Shown here one piece after another: positions 1 to 7,880 of a DNA stretch of 16,232 bases. This stretch comes from Candidatus Hadarchaeota archaeon. Its GTDB lineage: Archaea; CAYQAE01; CAYVLA01. A program made the position numbers and the translations under genes. Below the pieces are notes generated by a model, which saw nothing but the letters and a program-made list of their open reading frames with translations, ran no database searches and was not told where the DNA came from. Position 1 is the first letter of the stretch; each line of letters opens with the position of its first letter. The DNA is taken from assembly GCA_964621445.1 (NCBI GenBank), contig CAZUNO010000043.1:1-16232 (forward strand). The letters run 5' to 3'.

Positions 1-119
1 AGTTGTACACTAGCCTGGAATAATGATCAATAGGGCTCTTTGATGCTCATTTCCTTTTTCTCTTCATAAAGGGGGATTAGTTTTTCAAGGAGCTCCCACT
101 CAGCCAAGGTCAATTTCGG

Positions 120-1301
120 ATGCTGCCGGCGAAAACTGATGACAGACGATTGTATGTGGCAATGCTGGGAAATTTCGTGGTTTTTGGTATATCCATGACC
201 ATCGTGGGTGCCACGGTGCCTGAAATTATTCGGCAATTTAATTGGAGCTATTTATCTATGGGCCTGGTGGTGGCTTCGCCGCCAATAGGGTATTTCATAT
301 CCACATTCCTTTCAGGAATCCTGCTTCGGAGAACTAATGCAAGGAATATTTTGGTTGGGGGGCTTGCACTCCAGGGGGCAGGTCTTCTTGTTTTTGGAAA
401 TACATCCGGGGTTATCCTAAATTCCTGCCTGGCCCTTATGATGGGGATCGGACAGGGATCGACGGAGGTGGTTACTAACTTCTGCGTAGTCCAGATGGAG
501 GAGGGAAGACAGAGCCGATTGATTAACTTGATGCACGGAGCTTTGCCATTGGGGGCGGTTACTGGACCGCTATTCATGGGATGGATATTCCTGACAGGCG
601 GAAGGTGGCAATGGATGTACAGAGGATTGGGTCTCCTTACCTTGATGCTAGCCGGTATTCTCTTCCTATTTTCATATGATAGATTCATGGTGGATCAGTT
701 GGAGGAATCTCCAAAATCGGTTGACAAATCCATTAACAGAAAATTGTTGATCCTCTTGGGCGGAGTCATGCTGCTTTTTGTGGGGGCTGAGATGGGTGTT
801 TCGGCCTGGATTTCGGAGTATTTCGTAAAAGTCCTGGGGACCGGGACCTCGGTGGGTGCCTGGATGGTCTCGGTGTTCTGGCTGGGTGTATTCCTAGGGA
901 GGATCACGATGTCTTTTTACCGCGGGTCCGAGCAGGGCCGTCTGCTTCTTCTTCTTGGCTTTTCCGCAACCGTCCTACTTTCCATTTCGGTTTCCGCGAG
1001 CGATATTTTCGTGGCTTCTGCCGGATTCTTGCTGACCGGGTTGGGGTTCTCCGCAATCTATCCAATCGTAACCGCGATATCTGGGCATTACTTTGCCCGT
1101 ACCAGAAGCATTGCCATGGGAACCGTGGCCGGGTTTGGCGGTCTGGGCTCCTTCCTATTCCCGCTGATCATCTCTTACCTGGCTGGAACCTATGGGCTGG
1201 AAAGCGGTTTTTGGTTCTGCGTTTTTTCCTCGGCAGGTGGTCTTATCCTGGCGATGGTGACCGTGAGCAGGTTCCGTGACACTGGTGCCTTGAAAGAATA
1301 G
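120..1301 (+). CDS. MFS transporter (fucose permease/TsgA-like, ~12 TM)
   Basis: 393-aa ORF with about 12 hydrophobic segments in two halves. N-terminal 'GISMTIVGATVPEIIRQF', 'LINLMHG..PLGAVTGP' and 'FVGAEMGVSAWISEY' match FucP/TsgA-like MFS patterns. Substrate not determinable. Confidence 0.88.
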   Translation: MLPAKTDDRRLYVAMLGNFVVFGISMTIVGATVPEIIRQFNWSYLSMGLVVASPPIGYFISTFLSGILLRRTNARNILVGGLALQGAGLLVFGNTSGVILNSCLALMMGIGQGSTEVVTNFCVVQMEEGRQSRLINLMHGALPLGAVTGPLFMGWIFLTGGRWQWMYRGLGLLTLMLAGILFLFSYDRFMVDQLEESPKSVDKSINRKLLILLGGVMLLFVGAEMGVSAWISEYFVKVLGTGTSVGAWMVSVFWLGVFLGRITMSFYRGSEQGRLLLLLGFSATVLLSISVSASDIFVASAGFLLTGLGFSAIYPIVTAISGHYFARTRSIAMGTVAGFGGLGSFLFPLIISYLAGTYGLESGFWFCVFSSAGGLILAMVTVSRFRDTGALKE

Positions 1302-1342
1302 GTTAGCGGTCCAGGCGTCATAAATTTATTAAATGACTTGGA

Positions 1343-2341
1343 GTGGGTAGTGTGGAGATTGGCAAGGAGCGGTTGGTTGGGGATTTAAAGAGAATGGGCA
1401 TCGAGGAGGGGGACTGCTTGGGCTTGGGTGTTTCCCTGAAGAGCATAGGTTATGTCCAGGGCGGGCCAAATACCTTGATTGATGCTCTTATGGAAAGCGT
1501 CGGCGATGATGGCACGATATTTTTCCCTGCTCATAGCAGGGGGTTTCGGCTCTGTATTCTCAAACCGGGAAAACAGATCAGTACGAGAGATGGAAGCACT
1601 TTGCGTCCCTGGAACTACATATACGAGCCGTCGGCCACGCCGCCTATAACTGGGCTGGTGCCCACCACCCTGTGGAAAAGGGATGGTTCCTACAGATCTC
1701 GCCATCCAATAAACTCCATAGTAGCCTTGGGGAAGGACGCCTACTACCTAACTAAGAGGCATGATGAGATGGCCCCGCCCTTTTCCCCCTATTCAACCCT
1801 TGTAGATATGGTGGGAAAGGTGCTCTTTATCGGACTTGATGGCCGCCTAGTTAGTATCAGGCATGAGGCCCAGCACCTGGCTGGCCTCACCGACAATTTC
1901 CCGGATATTATGGGTGTTAGGTATCGAAGAAAGAATGGGTCCATTGGGCTTTACAAAAGAGGACCCAGCGGTTGCACCAGGAGGCTCTCTGAATTGAACG
2001 AGGAGCTATTTCAACGTGGCTTACTTTCCAGGGGCAAGCTGGGCGAGGCTGATTGTTCGATCGGCAAAGCCAAGGAAATACTCCAATGTCTTTCAAATAG
2101 ACTTCGGTTAAATCCAGAGAAGGTTCTTTGTGGTAATCCACGCTGTCTCTGGTGTCGTTATTTGGAGGATAAATACGACCTACTCGAAAAGATAGATGGA
2201 AAGAAGCCTTTTCAGAAAAGCAGGGTTACCCGAACGGTTACCGCATTGTTGAATAACCTTCGGCTCCGTAACTGGTATTGGGCTGAGAGGGTCATGAGCC
2301 TATATTCAAGGATACTGTATTTTTCAGGCATGACGAATTAA
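1343..2341 (+). CDS. AAC(3)/YokD-family (Antibiotic_NAT) N-acetyltransferase-like protein
   Basis: 'L..MGIEEGD...SLKSIGYVQGGPNTLIDALMESVGDDGTIFFPAHS', 'TG.VP', 'RSRHP..SIVALG' and 'GKVLFIG' are AAC(3)-family hallmarks. C-terminal CxxxxCxxC. GTG start at 1343 (alternative GTG 1352) downstream of an AT-rich TTTATTAAA at 1325-1333. Confidence 0.85.
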   Translation: MGSVEIGKERLVGDLKRMGIEEGDCLGLGVSLKSIGYVQGGPNTLIDALMESVGDDGTIFFPAHSRGFRLCILKPGKQISTRDGSTLRPWNYIYEPSATPPITGLVPTTLWKRDGSYRSRHPINSIVALGKDAYYLTKRHDEMAPPFSPYSTLVDMVGKVLFIGLDGRLVSIRHEAQHLAGLTDNFPDIMGVRYRRKNGSIGLYKRGPSGCTRRLSELNEELFQRGLLSRGKLGEADCSIGKAKEILQCLSNRLRLNPEKVLCGNPRCLWCRYLEDKYDLLEKIDGKKPFQKSRVTRTVTALLNNLRLRNWYWAERVMSLYSRILYFSGMTN

Positions 2342-2343
2342 AT

Positions 2344-2350
2344 GGTGAGG
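2344..2350 (+). promoter_or_regulatory. Shine-Dalgarno site GGTGAGG in the 17-bp gap before the BKACE gene
   Basis: GGTGAGG lies 8 nt upstream of TTG 2359; archaeal-type SD, suggesting co-transcription with the upstream acetyltransferase gene. Confidence 0.6.
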
Positions 2351-2358
2351 CGCTAAAG

Positions 2359-3273
2359 TTGGAGGATGGATTGCAGGATTACCCGCTCAGGCCATTTCCG
2401 AAATTGATCATTAACTGTGCTCTCACCGGCATGGTTCCAACAAAGGAAGATACACCCCACGTTCCGGTATCCCAGGAGGAAGTGGTTGATGATGCCAAGA
2501 GGGTCATCCAAGCGGGTGCATCTATGCTCCATGTTCACGCTAGGGATGAAAAAGGAGTACCCACCTACCGAGCCGAGAAATATCAGGAGATAATCGAAGG
2601 GATTAGAGAATTAGATTCCGAGGTCATTATCTGTGCATCGACAAGTGGCAGGTTGTTCAGAGGTCCAGAGAGAAGGGGCCAGGTTCTGGACCTCAGGGGT
2701 AAAGCAAAACCCGATATGGCAAGCCTGACCTTGGGCTCATTTAATTTCCCCAAAGCCATAGTTTCCCTAGCAAAGGGCGAGGAAGAGGAATTAAGCATAA
2801 GCCCCAATCCTCCAGGTACTATCGTGTCCCTGGCCCGGAAGATGAAAGAGAGGAATATAAAGCCAGAGCTCGAGGTATTCGAGGCGGGGATGATTAACTA
2901 CGGGGTGTATTTGATGCGTAAGGGTATTCTCCCAAAGGAAAAGCCCTACTTCAACCTGATATTGGGTTCATTGGGTGCCGCCAGAGCCAATATGTCAACC
3001 CTTTCCCACATGGTAAACTGTCTTCCACCGGGAGCGATATGGAGCGCAGCCGGCACGGGAAGATTCCAACTTCCCATAAATGCGGCGGCGGCGGTGATGG
3101 GAGGGGGAGTGAGGGTTGGCGTTGAGGACAATATCTATTTTGATTATGATAAGAAAACGCTGGCCACAAACGAGATGTTGGTGAAGAGAATAGTCAGGAT
3201 AGCACGGGAACTCGAGCGGGATATAGCCGATCCCTTAGAGACAAGAGAGATACTGGGACTTGATCGTTCCTAG
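2359..3273 (+). CDS. kce: Beta-keto acid cleavage enzyme (BKACE / 3-keto-5-aminohexanoate cleavage enzyme family, DUF849)
   Basis: 'KLIINCALTG', 'P.VPVS.EE', metal-binding 'HVHAR', 'PDMASL..GS.NF', 'KPELEVFE' and 'GGGVRVGVEDN' motifs. The family call is strong, but the exact substrate (true Kce or another BKACE) is uncertain. Confidence 0.92.
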   Translation: MEDGLQDYPLRPFPKLIINCALTGMVPTKEDTPHVPVSQEEVVDDAKRVIQAGASMLHVHARDEKGVPTYRAEKYQEIIEGIRELDSEVIICASTSGRLFRGPERRGQVLDLRGKAKPDMASLTLGSFNFPKAIVSLAKGEEEELSISPNPPGTIVSLARKMKERNIKPELEVFEAGMINYGVYLMRKGILPKEKPYFNLILGSLGAARANMSTLSHMVNCLPPGAIWSAAGTGRFQLPINAAAAVMGGGVRVGVEDNIYFDYDKKTLATNEMLVKRIVRIARELERDIADPLETREILGLDRS

Positions 3274-3360
3274 GGATTTTTATCGTCAATAGCCTGTTTT
3301 GAACCCGGCAAACACCAATTTTTTCAGGTTATTTTGAGATAGAAAAACGGAGAAACTAAG

Positions 3361-3942
3361 ATGGCAATTGAGGTAAATGAAGGAGACGCGCTCATCGTGG
3401 TGGATTACCAGAAGGATTTCTGTCCAGGAGGAGCCCTAGCGGTAGAGGATGGGGATGAAATAGCCCCGGTTCTGAATTCTTATATTGATATCTTCAAAGA
3501 GAAGGGAGGCCCCATATTCGCCACCAGGGATTGGCATCCCCCCGACCACATATCTTTTAAGGAACAGGGAGGTCAGTGGCCGCCCCACTGTGTTAGGGGC
3601 ACCGAGGGCGCGGAGTTTAACCCCGCCCTCGATTTGGACGAAGAGGCGGAGATCATTTCAAAAGCCACGCAGTCCGAAGAGGAAGCCTATTCCGGATTCG
3701 ATGGAACCGATCTCGAGCAAGAACTGAAAGCAAAGGGAGTGAAAAGGGTTTTTGTCGGCGGCTTGGCCACTGATTATTGCGTGAAAAACACGGCTCTGGA
3801 CTCCCTGGAGGCGGGCTTCGATACCTACATATTGAAGGATGCAACCAGAGGCGTCAACGTTGAACCAGGAGACAGCGAGAAAGCAGTTGAGAGTATGCGA
3901 GAGGGCGGGGCCATGGTAATCAGCATTGAGCAGTTAGCTTAG
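3361..3942 (+). CDS. pncA: Nicotinamidase/pyrazinamidase (isochorismatase family)
   Basis: 'VVDYQKDFCPGGALAV', 'DWHP.DH.SF', 'WPPHCV.GT.GA', catalytic Lys 'ISKA', 'YSGF' and 'GLATDYCV'. GGAGA SD upstream of ATG. Confidence 0.93.
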   Translation: MAIEVNEGDALIVVDYQKDFCPGGALAVEDGDEIAPVLNSYIDIFKEKGGPIFATRDWHPPDHISFKEQGGQWPPHCVRGTEGAEFNPALDLDEEAEIISKATQSEEEAYSGFDGTDLEQELKAKGVKRVFVGGLATDYCVKNTALDSLEAGFDTYILKDATRGVNVEPGDSEKAVESMREGGAMVISIEQLA

Positions 3943-3956
3943 GATAATTTTGGGCA

Positions 3957-4907
3957 TCAATATCCCTTCTCCTTGTTGATTACTCCCTCTAGTGGCTTGC
4001 CTTTCATGAACCTGTCGAGGTTTCGGGTGAAACGATCGATCAACCTATCCATGCGGCGATGGGAACCACCACCGATATGGGAAGTTATAACCACGTTTTC
4101 CATTCCCCACAGTGGACTTTCAGATGGAAGAGGGTCCTTCGGCGGGACATCAAGACCGGCTCCCGCTATTAATCCCTCTTCAAGGGCACGTATCAAGGAC
4201 TGATATTCAACTATGGCCCCTCTGGTAACGTTAATCAATAAGGATGAGTCCTTCATGGTCCGGAAGGCCTGATGGTCAAAGAGTCCATCCGTTTCCGGAG
4301 TTAGAGGGCAACATATGCTGACGATATCGCTTTTTTCTAGGAGATCTAAAAACCTGACAGGTTTCCAGAGGCGGTGAACGAAATCCGGTCTCTCCATATC
4401 TCTGGGATCAATGGCCAGAGTTCTTACCCCGAAAGCTCTACCCCTCTTAGCGACCTCAAAGCCCGTCCCCCCCAGCCCGATAACGCCAAGGGTCTTTCCC
4501 TCCATCTCCCACACGTAATTCTTGACAGGTTCCCGGTTATCATAGCCAGGATTTCGGACCGACCAGGCTATCCCACGGCTCAAGGCAAGTATGAGTGCCC
4601 ATGTGTGCTCGGCGAGCGGCTTTCCCATAAGTCCCTTGGCGCTGGTTAGCATTACGTCACTTTCAACGAAATCCGGGAAGAGCAGGCCATCAACGCCCGC
4701 AGTGACCTTCTGGATCCACCGGAGGTTCTCCGCGGCTCGGAATATCTTCTCGTCAAGTCTACCGAGGATTACATGGGCATCTTTGGCAGCTGCGAGCCTT
4801 TCCTTCTCGTCCGTGGCAACCTTTACCTGGATTCGGGGAGAAACATTCCTAATACGGTCCATGTATTCCGGGGAGATCTTCCTTGTGACTAGAACGTTGA
4901 GTTTCAA
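3957..4907 (-). CDS. D-isomer-specific 2-hydroxyacid dehydrogenase (NAD(P)-binding)
   Basis: 'AGVD', 'LAEH', Rossmann 'GVIGLGGTG', 'PLTPET.GL', 'LINVTRG', 'AGAGLDV' and 'ITSHIGG'. TTG start preceded by GAGGTG SD (4920-4915). Confidence 0.92.
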   Translation of the reverse strand: MKLNVLVTRKISPEYMDRIRNVSPRIQVKVATDEKERLAAAKDAHVILGRLDEKIFRAAENLRWIQKVTAGVDGLLFPDFVESDVMLTSAKGLMGKPLAEHTWALILALSRGIAWSVRNPGYDNREPVKNYVWEMEGKTLGVIGLGGTGFEVAKRGRAFGVRTLAIDPRDMERPDFVHRLWKPVRFLDLLEKSDIVSICCPLTPETDGLFDHQAFRTMKDSSLLINVTRGAIVEYQSLIRALEEGLIAGAGLDVPPKDPLPSESPLWGMENVVITSHIGGGSHRRMDRLIDRFTRNLDRFMKGKPLEGVINKEKGY

Positions 4908-5010
4908 TCCTTAACACCTCGCATCTGGTTTTGTAATCTCCCCTTTCATTTGACCAGGATAATAGTTATGTTTCCATCCCCCTGATAATTGCCAAACTGG
5001 GGTTCCATCG

Positions 5011-6483
5011 ATGACCTCCTATCCCAACATCTTGCTTGTGATGTGTGATCAGCTCACCGCCAGAGTGCTGGAATGCTATGGCGGGCAGGCAGAGGCTCCC
5101 AATATAGGCCGGATATCCGCGGAAGGCGTTCGGTTCGATAATGCGGTATGTCCATATCCTATTTGTTCCCCCAGCCGGGCCTCGATCATTACAGGAAAGG
5201 CTCCACACGAACATGGGATCACCCATAACGTGAACAAATTCGATTACCCCACGGTCTCCTCCCCGGATGCGGAGGAGGGTATACGTGCCGACGACACAAC
5301 CCTGGGTAAGGTGCTAAACAGCGCCGGGTTCGAGACCCATCACTACGGAAAGTGGCATCTAACCGACGACGAGCTTCCCTGGTATGGGGATATGTACAGG
5401 GAGAACCAGGAGTATGCCCGTGAGATGTCAGATGAATTCTCAAGGGTCAGAAAGCTGTCGGAAGAGGAATGGCTCAGTTGGTATAGCTGGTCGCTACCGG
5501 TTGATGTTGATCCGGAGATAAGGAGCATAATGCGGGGTTGGGGGGACAGGTATTTGGATAGTCCCCTGGGCAGGTTTATCCGCCGGATGGGTAGATTGGA
5601 ATTCCCATTGGAGGATACGTTTGATTACAGGGTAGGCCGGAAGTGCGTCCAGGCCATAGAGAATTCCCAGGAGCCGTTCATGATAACCTCTTCCTTCAAT
5701 TATCCCCATGGCCCGGAGGTAGTTCCCGATCCCTACTATGATGCCTACAAGAGGTCCGAGATAGAGTTCCCGGGTAACTTCAGTTCCCGGGAAGAGAGAT
5801 TTGAGTCTGACCTTTCACACAGGATTCTAGTCGAGCTGGGAGAGGAGGTATTCCGGGAATTTCTGAGAGTCTATTACTCAACCATACTTCTCGTTGATGA
5901 TCAGATCGGGGATATCCTGAAGGCACTCGAGGAAAAGGGCTGTCTAGATGATACGATCATAGTTTTCACCGCGGACCACGGAGATATGGCCGGGGGCCAT
6001 GGGATGATTAGAAAGGCAACCGATTCTCTTTATGATGAGATGGTAAACGTTCCCCTCCTCATCCGGCACGGTTCGCTTGAGCCAGGGGTTTTCCGTGCCA
6101 ATGTTAGCCTCACTGATCTAATGCCGACCCTGTTAGACATGGTTGGGGTTCGCCGGGTGGAGGAATTCCCGGGAAATAGCATGGCTGAATATCTTAAGGG
6201 AGAATACCCCGAAATTGGTCAGAGCTATAGCTTTTGCGAGCGGCTTTCCCCCTCTCCGGACCATAGGCGAAGGTCCAGGATTCAAGAAGAAGGAACCTAC
6301 ATGGTCAGAGGAAGCCGATGGAAATACCTCGGGTTCATTGATGGGGATGAATACCTATATGATCTTGTGGAGGACCCTGGGGAAACCGAAAATCTGGCCG
6401 GGGATCCCGAATTCGCCGGTGAGAAGGACCACCTCAAGCAGCGCCTCAATCGATGGCTGGCTGGAGCTGGCAGAAAGAACTAG
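5011..6483 (+). CDS. Cys-type (formylglycine-dependent) sulfatase, arylsulfatase A/choline-sulfatase-like, cytoplasmic
   Basis: 'PNILLVMCDQ', signature C52-SPSRASIITG (5164-5178 for CSPSR), 'GKWH', 'PH', 'FTADHGD' and 'ELYDL'-like 'YLYDLVEDPGE..NLA'. No signal peptide. Confidence 0.93.
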   Translation: MTSYPNILLVMCDQLTARVLECYGGQAEAPNIGRISAEGVRFDNAVCPYPICSPSRASIITGKAPHEHGITHNVNKFDYPTVSSPDAEEGIRADDTTLGKVLNSAGFETHHYGKWHLTDDELPWYGDMYRENQEYAREMSDEFSRVRKLSEEEWLSWYSWSLPVDVDPEIRSIMRGWGDRYLDSPLGRFIRRMGRLEFPLEDTFDYRVGRKCVQAIENSQEPFMITSSFNYPHGPEVVPDPYYDAYKRSEIEFPGNFSSREERFESDLSHRILVELGEEVFREFLRVYYSTILLVDDQIGDILKALEEKGCLDDTIIVFTADHGDMAGGHGMIRKATDSLYDEMVNVPLLIRHGSLEPGVFRANVSLTDLMPTLLDMVGVRRVEEFPGNSMAEYLKGEYPEIGQSYSFCERLSPSPDHRRRSRIQEEGTYMVRGSRWKYLGFIDGDEYLYDLVEDPGETENLAGDPEFAGEKDHLKQRLNRWLAGAGRKN

Positions 6484-6486
6484 ACC

Positions 6487-7830
6487 TTACCATCCCATGC
6501 GCATTCTCCAATGGGAGTAGGATTCCTCCTGCTCCTTGACCAGATTCCACACTCTCTTTATGGGTTTCAATCCCTTCTCGGCAGCTACCACCAGGGGATC
6601 GGTTTTCGTTCCTACCTGTCTCTCCTCCCATCTCCGGAGTTTTATTGCCATTTTGTCCCTGGTCCCCTGCCGATGGGCTGAGAGGTCCTCACGTTCACCG
6701 CCATCTTTTGATATGTCATAGAGTTCCTCCTTGGGACAAGGCCAGAATCCATGATGTATGCACCTCATGTATTTCCACCGTTGGGTTATCATGGCCCGCT
6801 TGGCCTGCCAGGACCCCTGGTTAACATAGGCTGTGTTTCTAATGCTGTCCAATCGCCCTTCAAGGAGCGGTATCAGGCTCTTTCCCTGAATCTCTGAGGG
6901 GATTTCGATACCCGCCAGGTCCAGGATGGTGGGGCTCAGGTCGATGCTCTGGACCAGGGATCTGTAATTGCCCGTTCCCACTTCCGGCCAACGAATGAGG
7001 AGGGGGACGTGTACCGTGGGCTCGTAGACGCCTGAGTGGTCGAAGTATATTGAGTGCTCGCCCAGGCTCTCCCCGTGGTCGGCAGTTATGACAAGGAAGG
7101 TATCATCCAAAAGGCTTCTCTCCTCGAGGGGTTCCAATAATCTGGATATTCGATCATCCACGTATCTAATGGCAGCGTCATATTGGCACCTTATGTATTC
7201 TGCATCGGTTACCCCCTTGCCGATGGTGGATATTTTACGCTCCAGGAAGGGCCAAACGCCTGATTTCTTGGCCTCCTCCAAGCTGTCGTTTTCGGGGTCC
7301 CTCTCATCTCCCTGGTAGAAAATGCGGTCGAATTCCTTTCCCGGCTTGTACTCGTGAACGTCCCAATAGTGAACGAAAAGCATGAAATCCTCGTCCGCGT
7401 GGGTATCAAGCCAGGGTATTGCAGCTGAGTTAATCTGGTCCGCGGTTACTCTTTGTGTCAGGAGTTTTCTTCCGGCGACCGGGTTCATGCTGTAGTTGAA
7501 TCCTTTGGTGAAGAAGCTCTTCATGTTGGGCAGCGTAGTTGCAGCAGCTGTGGCGTGGGATTCTCCCTCCATGATTGATGGTAGCCATGGGGATTCCTCG
7601 TCTAGCCACTCGTGCTCTGCATGGGAAATGACACGGTTTACTATACCCCTCTGTCCGGTGAAAGTGGAGGTGTAACTGGGCTGGGTAGGCACGTCGGTTG
7701 GATAGGCTCTTTGGAACAATGCCGATTTTTTGGCTATCTCATCAATATTGGGAGAGGTGTTCCTGGAATATCCGTAACAACCCAGATGGTCGTACCTAAG
7801 GGTGTCCACAAAGATCAGGAGAATTTTCAT
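6487..7830 (-). CDS. Sulfatase-like hydrolase/transferase (alkaline phosphatase superfamily) with Thr at the nucleophile position
   Basis: 'ILLIFVDTLRYDHLGCYGY.RNTSPNID', 'T49-QPSYTSTFTG' in place of CxPSR...TG, 'HYWDVH', 'TADHGE', 'HVPLLIR' and 'ELYD'. Confidence 0.88.
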   Translation of the reverse strand: MKILLIFVDTLRYDHLGCYGYSRNTSPNIDEIAKKSALFQRAYPTDVPTQPSYTSTFTGQRGIVNRVISHAEHEWLDEESPWLPSIMEGESHATAAATTLPNMKSFFTKGFNYSMNPVAGRKLLTQRVTADQINSAAIPWLDTHADEDFMLFVHYWDVHEYKPGKEFDRIFYQGDERDPENDSLEEAKKSGVWPFLERKISTIGKGVTDAEYIRCQYDAAIRYVDDRISRLLEPLEERSLLDDTFLVITADHGESLGEHSIYFDHSGVYEPTVHVPLLIRWPEVGTGNYRSLVQSIDLSPTILDLAGIEIPSEIQGKSLIPLLEGRLDSIRNTAYVNQGSWQAKRAMITQRWKYMRCIHHGFWPCPKEELYDISKDGGEREDLSAHRQGTRDKMAIKLRRWEERQVGTKTDPLVVAAEKGLKPIKRVWNLVKEQEESYSHWRMRMGW

Positions 7831-7853
7831 GTCAACGGGTGACCGGTATATCG

Positions 7854-7860
7854 CTTAAAG
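7854..7860 (-). promoter_or_regulatory. Putative archaeal TATA box (CTTTAAG) for leaderless transcript of the 6487-7830 gene
   Basis: The first T of TTTAAG is 29 nt upstream of the ATG at 7830, the same spacing as the two boxes at 8700-8735. No SD before the ATG. Confidence 0.55.
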
Positions 7861-7880
7861 GTGTTCTCAATTCAAAATGC

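Noticed and set aside
1343-2341. Calling the AAC(3)-like gene an aminoglycoside resistance determinant
   Set aside because: No mobile context, altered signature residues, a metabolic neighbourhood and a probably archaeal host; family membership alone does not show resistance.
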